Shown: one piece after another, positions 26,633-38,805 of the stretch
Layout of the letters: each line of letters starts with the position of its first letter
Numbering within the stretch: the first letter of the stretch is position 1
Assembly (NCBI GenBank): GCA_028023455.1
Contig: JAQFVV010000004.1
Span: 16,554,001 to 16,618,000, forward strand
Origin: Epiperipatus broadwayi
Taxonomy: Eukaryota; Animalia; Onychophora
Reading direction: 5' to 3'
Length of the DNA: 64,000 nucleotides
The notes under the pieces: model-generated
Seen by the model: only the letters and a program-made list of their open reading frames with translations
Databases searched by the model: none
Told to the model about the DNA's origin: nothing
Position numbers and translations under genes: made by a program

Positions 26633-27444
26633 TTAAATATTTATTGAAATTTTATCATTATAGATAAGTAATAAACATCACATGACCGCTTATTTATAGA
26701 TAAGTATTTGCTAAATTAGAAAAAACACTTGTAAAGATAAATGACTTAATATATTTTATAATTTAATCAAAGCTTATAAATTTATTTTGTTTCTGCTTAG
26801 TACAGCATAATAATTACGTTTCTATTATTCAGCTTTGAGGGAGTAAACCATAATAAAAGGAAAATCAAAGAACTTTTTTTATATAAATAGAAATATGACA
26901 TCATTATTTAATCGGCAAAGTAGGATATATTAAAAAATTCATAAATCTTGAGACAAATTTAAAATGTTTAGCAATTGAGAAGTATTTATAATTGTTATTA
27001 TAAATATTTATTATCATCGTGATTATTTTCTAATTATTTAACAAGTTTCGCTGGTGAGGCAATTAATTGACGTACTGTATCTCCATGTGCATAAATGAAA
27101 TCTAGTTCACCTCTGAAAAACTAAATTATCAAACTATCTCTCTACCAGTCAATCTTAGGATAATGTGATGATGATTACTTGAATGCCATCTATAATCTTG
27201 ATTATAGAACCATAACCATTCCATAACTAATCTCCCTCAACTTTATTTTTATCCATTATTTCCCGTAATTATAGCTTTATCAATTACCATAGGCTAAACA
27301 TAGAACTTGTCTCTGATTTTCCCAAATATCAACTAACACTCGTAAAATTAAGAATAAAGAAATTTAAAAGCTTTAAACAAAAACAAATTATTTAATGCGA
27401 TAAGATTTGATTATAGTACAAAATGAGCATTTTCCAGGCTAAAT

Positions 27445-27544
27445 ACCAAGCGTTGGTAGCCGAGAGGTCAGCGCAGCCGCCTTGCAGACAAACTTGTCGC
27501 GGGTTCGCTTCCCAGCCGATGCTTTGACATATATAAAAAAAAAA
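27445..27544 (+). mobile_element. tRNA-Gly-derived mini-SINE, copy 4
   Basis: AAGCGTTGGTAGCCGAGAGGTCAGCGCAGCCGCCTTGCAG...GGGTTCGCTTCCCAGCCGATGCTTTGACATATAT plus A10. Confidence 0.8.
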
Positions 27545-29432
27545 CTTAGTAATTCTGTTGACACATATTGATAATTTTAAAACCGAAATTTTCCAAATTG
27601 ACATGATCAACTCAAAAACATATATATATATAACACATTTATAAGCAGTTACCAGTCCATTCTATACTATCATATCAGTTTCATATATAAATAAACAAAA
27701 AATGAAATGAATTGGGGATACCTCTCTTTTCTTCTGAAATGCAAAGTTTCTGATCTTACTAAATATGAATAAATATTATAAAAAGTATAAATAAGAAATT
27801 ATTACAATATTTCAAATATAGATGAAACATCAAATACCACATAAGTCCATTTTTAAATGTAACTAAAATTAGTAATAAAGAAATTATAAATTTTGATTAA
27901 AAGAAATAAATACAAATGTTCTTATTTAGGTTTTTTAGGATTTGAATTTCAGATTACCTTAGACCTTAGTATAAGACTTTGGAAATTTGCAGGTTTGTTT
28001 GAACACTTGTGTGCACTAATTACTGAAGGTTCAAGTCTTTCTAGTTCTTGCTTTCTGATGAGGAGTTTCCTTACGTTGACAATTTTCTTCTTATCCTTGC
28101 TTTAATCTTCTCTTTTTGTCTGCTAAAATTCTATTAAACTTTCACCATTACATGTGAAAATTTTGAAAATAGATATTTTATATTCAGCCAAATCAGATTA
28201 TAAGAGATGAAAATAGGTTCACAATCTGGAACCAACACTTTATAAAATCCTGCAAGCTATATCTCAACAGGATTGTCAACAATTGGTATCATCGGTTCAT
28301 CTAAAAACACATTTTAGGGTTTTCTATGCTGCTATAATTTGAGATAACTTCAGCTTCTAAATGTATTACCACGTTTTTCTCTTTTATGGCAACTGCTTGC
28401 TTGATTATGGATTGTCACTAACTTTGTTTGAGAATATAGCTTATACGAATTTAGTAGGTACCTACCAAATGCTGGAAGCCAAGTAATTATTATATTTAAA
28501 ATCAGACCTTGTATGTTTTTTCAGTTCACAAATGCAATAAAGATCAAACATATATTGTTATTTGATTTACAATTCCATTCATTAATTAAGTGCACACTTT
28601 TAATATATCTGTAAACAAGCTTTACTGTTTACTTCAAACTTATTTACTGAACTATTTGCTGGATCAATAAAATTTCTAAACAAGTTAATTATTATTTTAG
28701 TCAGCTTTAAAGAAATTATTTAGTTTTTACACTTAACATTACAATTATTCCTTAAACATTACAAATTCTCATTTTACCAAATTATTGAGCATAATATTAA
28801 AAAATTTACATTTACAAAAGTAAGAATTATTAACTCTAAATATTTATACCCTGCTTAGTGCCAGACTTTTATGACAGAATTCACAATAATGAGCATCAAT
28901 TTACACATTTATTTTGATTTACAATCAATTTTCTCTATAACAACCTAAAAAAATTTTAAAATTTTTTGGGTGACCAATTTTAAAAATGGCAGCTTGTTGC
29001 TATGTTTTAAGATTGATGACATCATAGCAAAATTACTTTATTAAAATTATGCTATCCAAAAGCAAAATAGCATTTATTTTATTCATTATACATAATATAG
29101 TGCATAATATTTTGATTATAAATTTAAATTATAATTGAAGTATAGTAGAGTACTTCATTAATGGCATATCCAAAGTAAAGATTTTCATCATTAATGACTA
29201 CAAAAGTAAAAAAAAAAGTGTTTCATTATAATAATTAATCAAAATTATATTTTGATGGCATATAAAAACCATATGTATTAATACAGTATTAAATTTTAAA
29301 ATGTATATATTAGTTTAAAAACTCTGTATTGTATTTATTCATTTATATGGATTAAAATTTTTATATGATACTTTGCTTGTGGTAAAAATTATGATCATCA
29401 TATTGCAATTTAGTTATCATGATTGTTATTTC

Positions 29433-30215
29433 AGGAAAAAAATGATTTCATGGATTATGCAATTAATAAACAACTTTACATGATCAATGGTTACTAAATG
29501 CAGAATATGTTTAAAATATTTATTGTATTGTACTATACAATTATTTGCTTAATTTCAAATTACAATATTGTAATTTGTTTCAGACTTATCCAAGCCAATG
29601 CTAATATCACAAATGTAAAACAGAATGCTAAATTGTATTGAAAAAAATACAAAATTCATTCAGCATAAAACTAAAAATAAATTTTGGTTATATATAATGT
29701 ACTATTATTAAACTCTTCAATCAACTAATTTTGTACTAAAACTTTCAGTCAAATCAAAACTGCTATAATATATCTAAAATGTTTTCAGTAAAAAAGGGAA
29801 GAAAATGATTTCATGATTTATGCAATTAATAATCAATTTTATATGATCAATAATTATATCTAAATCAAAAATAACTATTTGGTCAATTTTAAAATGTCTC
29901 AATTTATTTCAGATATCCAATGCAATGGCAAACATCACAAATGTAAAAAAATTATAGTACTGAAAAAAAATGTAAATTTCATTCAGCATATAACTAAAAA
30001 TAAGTTTTGGTAACGTACTATTAATATTTAATTTTAAACAGTGTATAGCATAAATATTAGCTAAAATAGTCAGTCAATTAATTTTAAATTAAAATCTTTA
30101 TGAATGCTAATTTCAGTCATATTGAAACTATGATTATAAATGTATTTTTGGTAAAAAAAATATTTGGATGATTTCATGCATTATGCAACTAATAATAAAT
30201 TTTGTATAATGAAAA
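29433..30215. repeat. Old tandem duplication, ~365-bp unit x2 plus a partial third
   Basis: ATGATTTCATG..TTATGCAA.TAATAA recurs near 29443, 29806 and 30168; CATCACAAATGTAAAA-like and TTCATTCAGCATA blocks recur in register. Confidence 0.75.
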
Positions 30216-31083
30216 TGCAATACAAATAAATTGAAGAATCATACTTTTAATATTTCTTTAAATAAATTATATCTCTGCCATCATTGTCAAGTATTGCACT
30301 ATTCAAAAAAATTTAAAGTCATTTCAAAGAAAATGGCCACCATGCTTGATAAAATATGACATCTCATGTTTAAAAAATGCCACAGATAGTGTATTTCTAT
30401 ATAAAATGCTATTTATTTAGATTTGAATATGTTGTAAAAAAATCCTTAAAAATTGATTTCAATATGCAAACAAAATGTATTAGATACTCTTTTTTCTTTT
30501 TTAACATGTCAGAATGTTTATATTTATTTGAAATTACCTGTGTAATTAGAGTTTGGTAATGTACAGTTTTATAATTTGGTTACCCTTACAGTGTTGATAA
30601 ATAACAAATTATTATGGCCAATAGTACAGTTAAGTGAGACATTATTAAACATGGCTTTTTAATTCTAAATCATTTCACATAAATAATATAAGTTTATGAA
30701 TTATAAAAAAGGAAACTTCAGTGTGATTTTTTTTCTAGCACAATAATTAACAATTTTATGGAAGACACAAAAAACTGTCAACTGCGAACTTATTCCTTCT
30801 TTCTTGATCTGTTTTTCTATACATTTACACACTGAAACTACATATTTTTCCTTTACAGCTATATATGTTTTTAATTGGAATCATAGCAACTAACACCAAT
30901 GAACACCACACCACTTCTTCAACCCATAAATGTAAGAATCATCACAACTATTCTTTTATCACACACATCAAATAGAGAAGTTTAATATGATATATTAATA
31001 TTATTAATGTATAGAAGAGATGAAAGATGGTCAAACATTTTAAATTTTAACAAAAGATTTATAATAATAATAATAATAATAGT

Positions 31084-31323
31084 AAGTATAGAGGATTTGA
31101 ACTCAGATTTTCAAGCACCCTTCAACTATCCACACTATCTCATACAACTGATACACATGACCACACACTTGTAGAAAAGATTAATAATCACCAATATACG
31201 TATTTCATGCTAAACCAGCACTAATCTTTTCTACATGTGTGTGGTCATGTGTATCAGTTGTATGAGATAGTGTGGATAGTTGAAGGGTGCTTGAAAATCT
31301 GAGTTCAAATCTTCTATACTTAC
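31084..31323. mobile_element. Family-A fold-back element (partial hammerhead on minus strand in the loop)
   Basis: ~95-bp arms AAGTATAGAGGATTTGAACTCAGATTTTCAAGCACC... / ...GGTGCTTGAAAATCTGAGTTCAAATCTTCTATACTT; loop holds CACCAATATACGTATTTCATGCTAAACCAGCA. Confidence 0.9.
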
Positions 31324-32526
31324 AATTAAGCTCCCAGGTTTGTGAAGAATGCCTGGTTTCAAATATTTAATAATAATAATCGCTAATTCCAAAGTATAAA
31401 CGTAAAATATCTAATAAGAAAATATATACACTAATCAAAAAAAATATTTGCAATACAATTTCTTATTTATAACTACAGTCAAAATAAAGTAGGAATAATA
31501 ATAATAAAATACTTTGTAAGTCTAACATTCTTTTAAAAAAAAGATTAATGGATTTGTCAAAAATAAAATTAATTCTCATTCAGGTCTCTTTGGTTTTCAA
31601 CTTTTTTCTAAGCTCAAAAATAATAAACATTCATACTTTTATTACATTCTCTTGCAGGATTAAATGAAAAATAAAATTTTTCTTTCTTGAGCATACACCA
31701 GATATTATTTCTGAATAACTTTGAAGTATGCTATTCAATGTTCCTATAGATGAGTCAGTTTTCTCTTATTCCTTAAAAGTTATCCTCACTCTTTTTAGAG
31801 TATTTTTCTTTTGAAATTTAAAACTAATTACAACTTTGATATTTATTTAAATTATCATTTCTCAATTATAAAAGTTCAATTCTTGTGATTCGCTTCAAAT
31901 TTTATTACTTTAACTTCGTCTTCTTACTCTTATATAATTTACAGTTCTATATATATATTTAAAATAAATAACTGCTGATAATTATGTGTATAGGTGAGGA
32001 AAGGTATTGATTGAAAATAGGCATTTGTTAGTCAGGCTTTTGAATTATTTTTATTTAGCTAAGTTTCCAGACAAACTTACACCCTGGTGGATCAGTGCAG
32101 ATAATACACTTGTTTAAGTTTCATCCTCCATTCTTAACTTTCCAATAAATCAGTGAATTTTTTCCACAACAATATGATTTTCCGACCTATAACTACTTTG
32201 TACAATGATATTGTTTATTTTTCTCCTTTACTTCTACTTGCTTGGCTGATGATTTGTCATGGTTTTCACTGGGTTAGATTTAATGGGCAACTGCTTTCTT
32301 TTCAATGTTGATCTAATCTGTTTTTGGTTAGTTTGAAACTATGATTTAAATACTTATCTCAATCTATGGCTTAATAAAATCAAACAAGTATCTATGTTTT
32401 GAAAAACAGTTAATTTTACTGCACCTGGATGTTTTTCAAGAATTAATCATGTAGTTGCAACCATTGTACCAATTTTCATTCATTAACTTACAAATCTAAA
32501 AACGTATATAATAAATAAATATCTAA

Positions 32527-32739
32527 CATACAGGCTATATATATATATGCCTGTACAAACAATGTGATATATAAGGTATTTTGAGCTCAAACTTTCACAT
32601 GATCCTCAACTCTCCACACTATCTCATACTCCTGATACACTTGGCCACATATATGTCTAAAAGAGAAATAATCACCAAGTGTATCAATGGTATGAGATAG
32701 TGTGGAGAGTTGAGGGTCATGTGAAAGTCTGAGCTCAAT
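32527..32739. mobile_element. Family-A fold-back element
   Basis: Arms 32580-32644 and 32679-32739; the left side carries the family 3' tail (ACAGGC...GCCTGT hairpin) in minus orientation. Confidence 0.85.
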
Positions 32740-32780
32740 AATCAATAAAGCAAGTCATATATCACATGACATTGCTTTTA

Positions 32781-32918
32781 TAAGCTTGTATTTACAAATA
32801 TGTAATATAGGGAGCATACCAACAGCTCAATAAGAGCTATTCAATAAGATAAGAGCTTGTTTGAGCTATTCCTCTGCTCCCTATATTACATAAATTTATA
32901 AACGAGATATTCCAAAGC
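32781..32918. repeat. Hairpin/MITE-like inverted repeat
   Basis: ATGTAATATAGGGAGCA...AGCTCAA pairs with TTGAGCT...TGCTCCCTATATTACAT. Confidence 0.75.
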
Positions 32919-34939
32919 AAAATGTGACTGAATTTTTATTTTTTCGCTTTTTTTTTTTTTTAAATTCATTTTATGTTAATAAAGAAATGCTCATTTATGC
33001 TGTGGGGCTATAGCAATTTATTTAATCTCTGATATTTGATTTTAAATTTACAGTATTATCAAATTATCAAAGCGTTGTTTGTGTTCATTAATACTTCTTT
33101 TTCAAGTTTTAAATATATGTGCACACACACACTACATTGTGAGCCATAAGACTAATTTGCCTCATACTGTTTATACTTTTCACAATGCTTAAGGCATTAA
33201 AACTCTGGCAGATTAGCTTTGAAATTTGGAACTCCATGCAGCATTATCAAATAATTGCAGATATAGATTTTATTGTTGCCATTATCTTGCAATATAACAT
33301 TCTATAGTAATTAAAAAATTAATTTATTGTAATCAATATTATGTATCTAGGATTACCAAATTTCCATTTCAATAATACATGTTAATAGGCAGAAACTAAT
33401 CTGTGGAAGTTATAATACTATTGCCTGTTTTCATTGATTATTAAAGGAAAGTGAATAAAATATTCATTCTTTGCTCAAAAAAGAAAATTTGTTTCAAAGA
33501 TAACTTCAGTAAACAAAGGTTACATCGGTAATTATATATATATATAGGTATAATCTAGTTATTAAGTTCAATAAACGGGTTGGATTTATGATATTATGGC
33601 AGGAAGTTAGAGTCTGGACCGAAGTTTTAAGAGGGACCATATAGCTGCAAAAATGTCCGGGTATGCAATCTTGCTATCTCTGGTTCTTATCTGTTCAAGC
33701 TTATTGGAGAAGATAGCTGGGTCGTGTCTAGTGTTGTTACCAAGGCAGAAAGTACATCTCATATACCAAAATGCATTTTATGTTATATATTAACATTGTG
33801 AATAGTATTGTATAAACATTTATTAATTCCAATATTTTATAATAAGAAGTATCTCTTATAATTTAAATCTAATTTGTCAGATTAACTATATGATGCACTA
33901 AACGTTTTTTTTAAAAAAGCTATCATTATACTGAAAGAAATGGTCCCTTGAATGTTTTGAATGAAGGGGCAGCAAAATTGTATTGACTTTTTTTGTTAGT
34001 CATTTTAATATCATATTCATTTTTTTAATGTAGCCAAAACAGCTAAATGCAGGGCGTATAGGCATCTTGGTGTTAAATAGTCACAAGGACAAAATCCATA
34101 AATATATCAGTCAACCCTATGAACTTCATGAGTTTAAGTTTTCATTATCGTTTTGTCTTTTATAAAAAAAAATATTGAAGCGGTAATTGACAAAGAGCTT
34201 AATTGCTTATAATTTTAAAAATATTAAGCGTCATAATTAAATTAAGTAAATAAATATAATATTACTGTTTTTTAATTAAAATATAAAAATATATTAGTGT
34301 GAATATTGAAATATACTCCGCTAATATGTTATTTAAATGTTTCCATTTCTAGATAAATACTTTCAAGCTACAATATATATACCTATATATGAAGGAAATA
34401 TGTTTAGTATTTGATGTGATATTTGCAACCCTTCTCTCTAATCATTAATTAAAATAAAAGATTAATTACTAAAAATAAAAGATTTTTACATCATTTCACA
34501 TTTTATTTTGATTAATTGCGTATTTTGACTGTCTGTTCCGTTTTTCTGTTTTAATATGTGATATTTTAATACAAATCAATAAGTTGCAGATATTTAGACA
34601 AATTGTTACATTTGCAGTTACAACATCTTCACACATGATTAGATGCAGCCAACATTTGCTACTCCCTGGACACTCATAGCCTTCATAATAATCAGCACAT
34701 TCTTAACGCCATTTGAGACTTGATGAAAAATGTAAATTATATCTCATATATATATATATGTGTGTATTTTCGACATTGTGGCTCACTCATTAGTATATTA
34801 TATATATCTAAATTAAATTAAATTTACTAAGTAAATAATGCGGATTCGAACTGAGACTTTCATTACGACCCACTACTCTCAGTGCCATCTCATATTGCTG
34901 ACCCACCTGATCACACACATGTTGAAAAGATAAATAATC

Positions 34940-34983
34940 ACCAATATACGTATTTCATGCTAAACCAGCAATCGTCAGTTGGT
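34940..34983 (-). ncRNA. Minimal type I hammerhead ribozyme motif (family A)
   Basis: Minus strand ACCAA CTGACGA TTGCT GGTTT AGCAT GAAA T ACGT A TA TTGGT; core intact, U-U at the first stem II pair. Confidence 0.7.
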
Positions 34984-35275
34984 CTAGATTACTATCCTCA
35001 CACATATATATATAATCAGTGCTCAGCTTTATATTAAGATAGCCAATCTTCATACTTTAATGGACAGGCTTCAAACTATTCAAACTCACAACTCTTCAGT
35101 CTTCCATTTCATTCAAAATCTGATGGTGGAACGTACAAAGTCCTTGTTAGTGCCAAGGTTGTCATCCTACCCATGTTGACATATTAGTCATTCTGACCCC
35201 TCAAAGTATGAAGATTGGCTATCTTAATATAAAGCTGAGCACTGATTAAATATATGTGTGAGGATAGTAATCTAG

Positions 35276-35319
35276 ACCAACTGACGATTGCTGGTTTAGC
35301 ATAAAATGCGTATATTGGT
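35276..35319 (+). ncRNA. Hammerhead motif, mutated (GAAA>AAAA)
   Basis: ACCAA CTGACGA TTGCTGGTTTAGCAT AAAA T GCGT A TA TTGGT; G12 lost, so predicted inactive. Confidence 0.6.
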
Positions 35320-35689
35320 GATTATTTATCTTTTTAACATGTGTGTGATCAGATGGGTCAGCAATATGAGATGGCACTGAGAGTAGTGGGTCGTGTGAAA
35401 GTCTGAGTTCGAATCCTGCATATATTACATATATAAATGCAGGTTAAGCCTGTACAATGTATTAAGTAAATAATGCGTAACCATATCATTTATTTTTTAG
35501 TAAATATTGAAAGGCTTGAAAGTTGCACTGTTTACAAAACTGTACTGATCTCTTCTTGAGTATATTGCAGCACGTTATTCATTAAAAAGTATTAATATCA
35601 GATTGTTTTATAAATAGATTCTTTCATTTCCTTTCTATATATATAAAACGCGCTCCCCAATACAAGACATCTGAAAAAAACAAAAACAA

Positions 35690-36700
35690 ATGCCCTCCAA
35701 AATGCATTTCATGCTAAAGCAGCACTTTTTAATTGGTCAAGGTCACAATCTCTTACATGACTTCATCATTTGTTTAGTATTTATCAATACTAAATTATTT
35801 CACTTTGATTTAGAAATGTTAAACTTTCTGTATGTCATAACCAATCACTTTACATAAATACATAATGATTGTCATGAATCATTTATTAAACAAAAGATTG
35901 TTTATAACCCAGTATAAAATCTATGAATCAGCTTAATGTATTATCTGAGCTACAGATAATCTCTAGTTTAATAAATAATAATTATTCATCACTAATATAT
36001 TTATCTGAAGAGATCGATGTCAAAGTTGTGAGTGAAGAAAGTTTGATATTTGTAAATCAAAGTGTAATTTTATATATAAAGAAAGGAAATACCTTGTGAT
36101 ATAGAAGTAGCACCTTTTTACTTACCGATTTTATAATCTGGGTAAGAATTTGGGTCTATAAATAAGCTTGAAATTTTTTTCAATTTCCTTTCAGGTTTAG
36201 GATTTTTCTGTCAGGCAATTGGCTTATAGCTGATCTATTTAACTATCCAAAGATAAAAATCTTCAACAATTAGTAATTATCAAACTCAGTAAATAATGCT
36301 TTCTCCCCAATCATTTCTCTATAAGGTGTTGCTGGAGAGATCTTTGTGCTACAATTGGTGATACCACATAAATAAAATTTCAAAAAGGATTACGAGTATT
36401 GTATTAAACATAAATGATAGTCATAGATTTATGAATATAGGCAGAAATTATGAGTAGTCTTACTGCAGGTTCAATATTTACATAAAATACAAGATATATT
36501 TTACTACTATACAATAAATAGGAAATAAGTTAACAGAAGTTGCATGATAGTTATTTTGATCCTATATTGCTGAAGATATCAGGTGTGAAAAATGTTTTGC
36601 AGCAAATGAATCCAGCACTTATAAGCATTTTGACTTGCAAATGATTGCTCCAGTGTGACTGATTAAATATATACAGTTGTTCATTATCTTTTTAATCATT
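35690..36700 (-). mobile_element. Possible very decayed Penelope-like coding region ending in a family-A-like hammerhead remnant
   Basis: Minus-strand fragments LNRSA, KEIEKISSLL and NSYP resemble the PLE RT thumb (LI.RA...E...I...L..NGYP). They end at GACCAA TTAAAAA GTGCT GCTTT AGCAT GAAA TGCAT near 35700-35740. Many stops and frameshifts. Confidence 0.35.
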
Positions 36701-36750
36701 GATAAGAATTTTACATGGTGTTAAACTGAGAGCCTAATAATATATACAAA

Positions 36751-36991
36751 ATATTTTACAATAAATGCTTTTATTTACTGTGACTAAAAAAATCAAAAAA
36801 ATAATTGCTTTCTTTAACTACAACTGGGGTTTTTATATTTAATTTGAAATAAAAGCCCAAGACATCCAGAAATTAATTAATTAATATCAACATCTCTGGC
36901 TTTTATTTCAAATTAAACACTGTGGATTGTAAACACAATTATTTTTTTACTTTTTAGTGCACAGTAAATAAAAGCATTTATTGTAAAATAT
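36751..36991. repeat. AT-rich palindromic element (~105-bp arms)
   Basis: ATATTTTACAATAAATGCTTTTATTTACTGTG...TAATTTGAAATAAAAGCC pairs with GGCTTTTTATTTCAAATTA...CACAGTAAATAAAAGCATTTATTGTAAAATAT. Confidence 0.85.
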
Positions 36992-37668
36992 ATATTATTT
37001 TTAATTTTTTAATATTCAGATATATTGTAATTATTCCTATTTAAAACAAAAACAATGTCACAGTCTACATATTTTAAAGGAAATTCATGGTGCATTAAAA
37101 AATCAATTTCTAATATTAGTTTGTTTATGAAAGAATCATTTTTAAAAAAGAAATATTTTTTGCCCATTTTAAAAAAGCAACTTTTACAATCAATTGAAAT
37201 TTTTTTTATTTCTATTTTAATTGATTCTTTTTAAATAAGTGTTTAAAAATATACCACACTCTCATGTGCATTACTGAAAACTTAGTGTTTGAAATATAGT
37301 CAACCAGTACCTTTAGACTATATAAACCAATGAACAACCCTGAAATATTTTATTGCTGAATTGCATGTACAAAATTTGAAGAAAATTCATTTGACAGAAG
37401 TATGTTAAAATTTGATTATAAAACAGTCTATATAGGCAAACAGTTTTTAAGTTAAAAAAAGCATTTAAAAACAATCTTTTTATTAATCCCAGTGACACTG
37501 GAAATTTAATATGTGGACAGAAATTATAGATTTTTATAAATATACCTTAATCTCTTTGTAATTGCATAAGATTAAGATTTCTAGATACCTGACGGAATGT
37601 AAATAAAATGATGCCATCTTTTTGATATATCTGATATAAGTGCAATTTTTAAAACTTATTAGAAGTTT

Positions 37669-37836
37669 TTATATAAATACAATTTATCCACTACTTTGAA
37701 CACTTTTTAGCAAAAACCATATGTTTCGACTGTCCTGCAGTCTTCTTCAGATTGTAAGATTGTGTATGTATATAGATACAATAAAAAGTTTTTGCTAAAA
37801 AGTGTTCAAAGTAGTGAGTACATTGCATTTATATAA
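37669..37836. mobile_element. Fold-back element with hammerhead core in the loop (family B)
   Basis: ~50-bp arms. Minus strand 37755-37718 reads CTGAAGA A GACTG CAGGA CAGTC GAAA C ATAT G; cleavage triplet and stem I degenerate. Confidence 0.7.
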
Positions 37837-38723
37837 GATATTACAGCAAAATAAAGGAAGTGATGAATTTTTTAATATTTCTGAGTTCTTATTTATTTAT
37901 GAGAATTATTAATTCATTAATTGTCATTTACGAGAATAATTCTTCATTTATGAGAATAATTGTAGTTAATGAATACATACTAAGGCCCAGCGTGATTTAG
38001 AGCTGTGATAGAGTAGCAGACTTTGAACTTTGAATGTTCTTCGATCACAATTCAGCTGTCACTTTCGGTGCTTAAACTTATGAATTCTGAGCAATAAAAT
38101 TGTTTATTTTATTTAACAGTTGCTTGATGCTAACTATATGTTATGCCTTTGAAGCCAACTACAAATATTTTTGCAGCATGTGAATGTGGCCTGTAACAAT
38201 AAAAAATCATTTGAATTATTTTATTTTTAAAAATCTGTTACATATGGAAATGTTCACATATGTAATGTTTATATAAATAATGCACTGGTTGTGACTTTTT
38301 AAAATCATTCTTGAAATTGACTTCCTTTATAGGATGGATATAATAGTGATTTACTTCATTAATAAAAAAAGTAATGGCATATTTGCAAAGTTTTATTCGA
38401 TTCTGGAGTGGCAGACTGTGGAACTCAAGATCCACTTCCAGCTCCATCTCTGGCGCTTCCAATGATCAAACTTTGTCTATACTTTCAAATAATGAACCAT
38501 TTAATTATTTTTTACCCTATGTGGACTATGGAGTTCAAGATCCATAAATCATGACTCTAGTTCCACCACTTCCTGCATTTGAACTTCTTTTGCAATCCTG
38601 AGAAATAAACCATATGATCATATTTTTTTTAGTTACTAGAATTTGATGAAAATTTGTTGATTTAAGAGATTAAATGAAAACCATTTGCTAAAGTTCATTC
38701 AAATTATAAAAATTATTTAGTAA

Positions 38724-38805
38724 TGCACTTGGAACTCTCAATTCAAAAACACAAGCCAGAACTACAAGAAAAAGATGGTGTTTTGAATTGAGAGTTCCAC
38801 GTGCA
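38724..38805. repeat. Short hairpin (~29-bp arms)
   Basis: TGCACTTGGAACTCTCAATTCAAAAACAC / GTGTTTTGAATTGAGAGTTCCACGTGCA. Confidence 0.85.

Larger units (their letters stand above)
34843..35462. mobile_element. Family-A fold-back element, longest copy (620 bp), two hammerhead motifs, exact 15-bp TSD
   Basis: Arms about 34843-35068 and 35204-35414; TAAGTAAATAATGCG at 34828-34842 and 35463-35477. Confidence 0.92.

Noticed and set aside
28055-28085. CTGATGA-GGAG hairpin candidate
   Set aside because: No GAAA after the hairpin.
27890-28500. Possible decayed PLE linker on the minus strand (KPANFQSLILRSK)
   Set aside because: One short motif only; too weak to call without a search.
35400-35414. 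GTTCGAATCC B-box suggesting family A is a tRNA SINE
   Set aside because: No A-box or cloverleaf, no A-tail, and the motif is not kept in other copies (GTTCAAATC, GCTCAA).
36570-36605. CTGAAGA...GAAA hammerhead candidate
   Set aside because: Stem II and stem I cannot be formed convincingly.
37068-37110. FKGNS peptide resembling the recalled insect Oaz N-terminus
   Set aside because: No start codon or continued similarity; expected by chance in AT-rich DNA.
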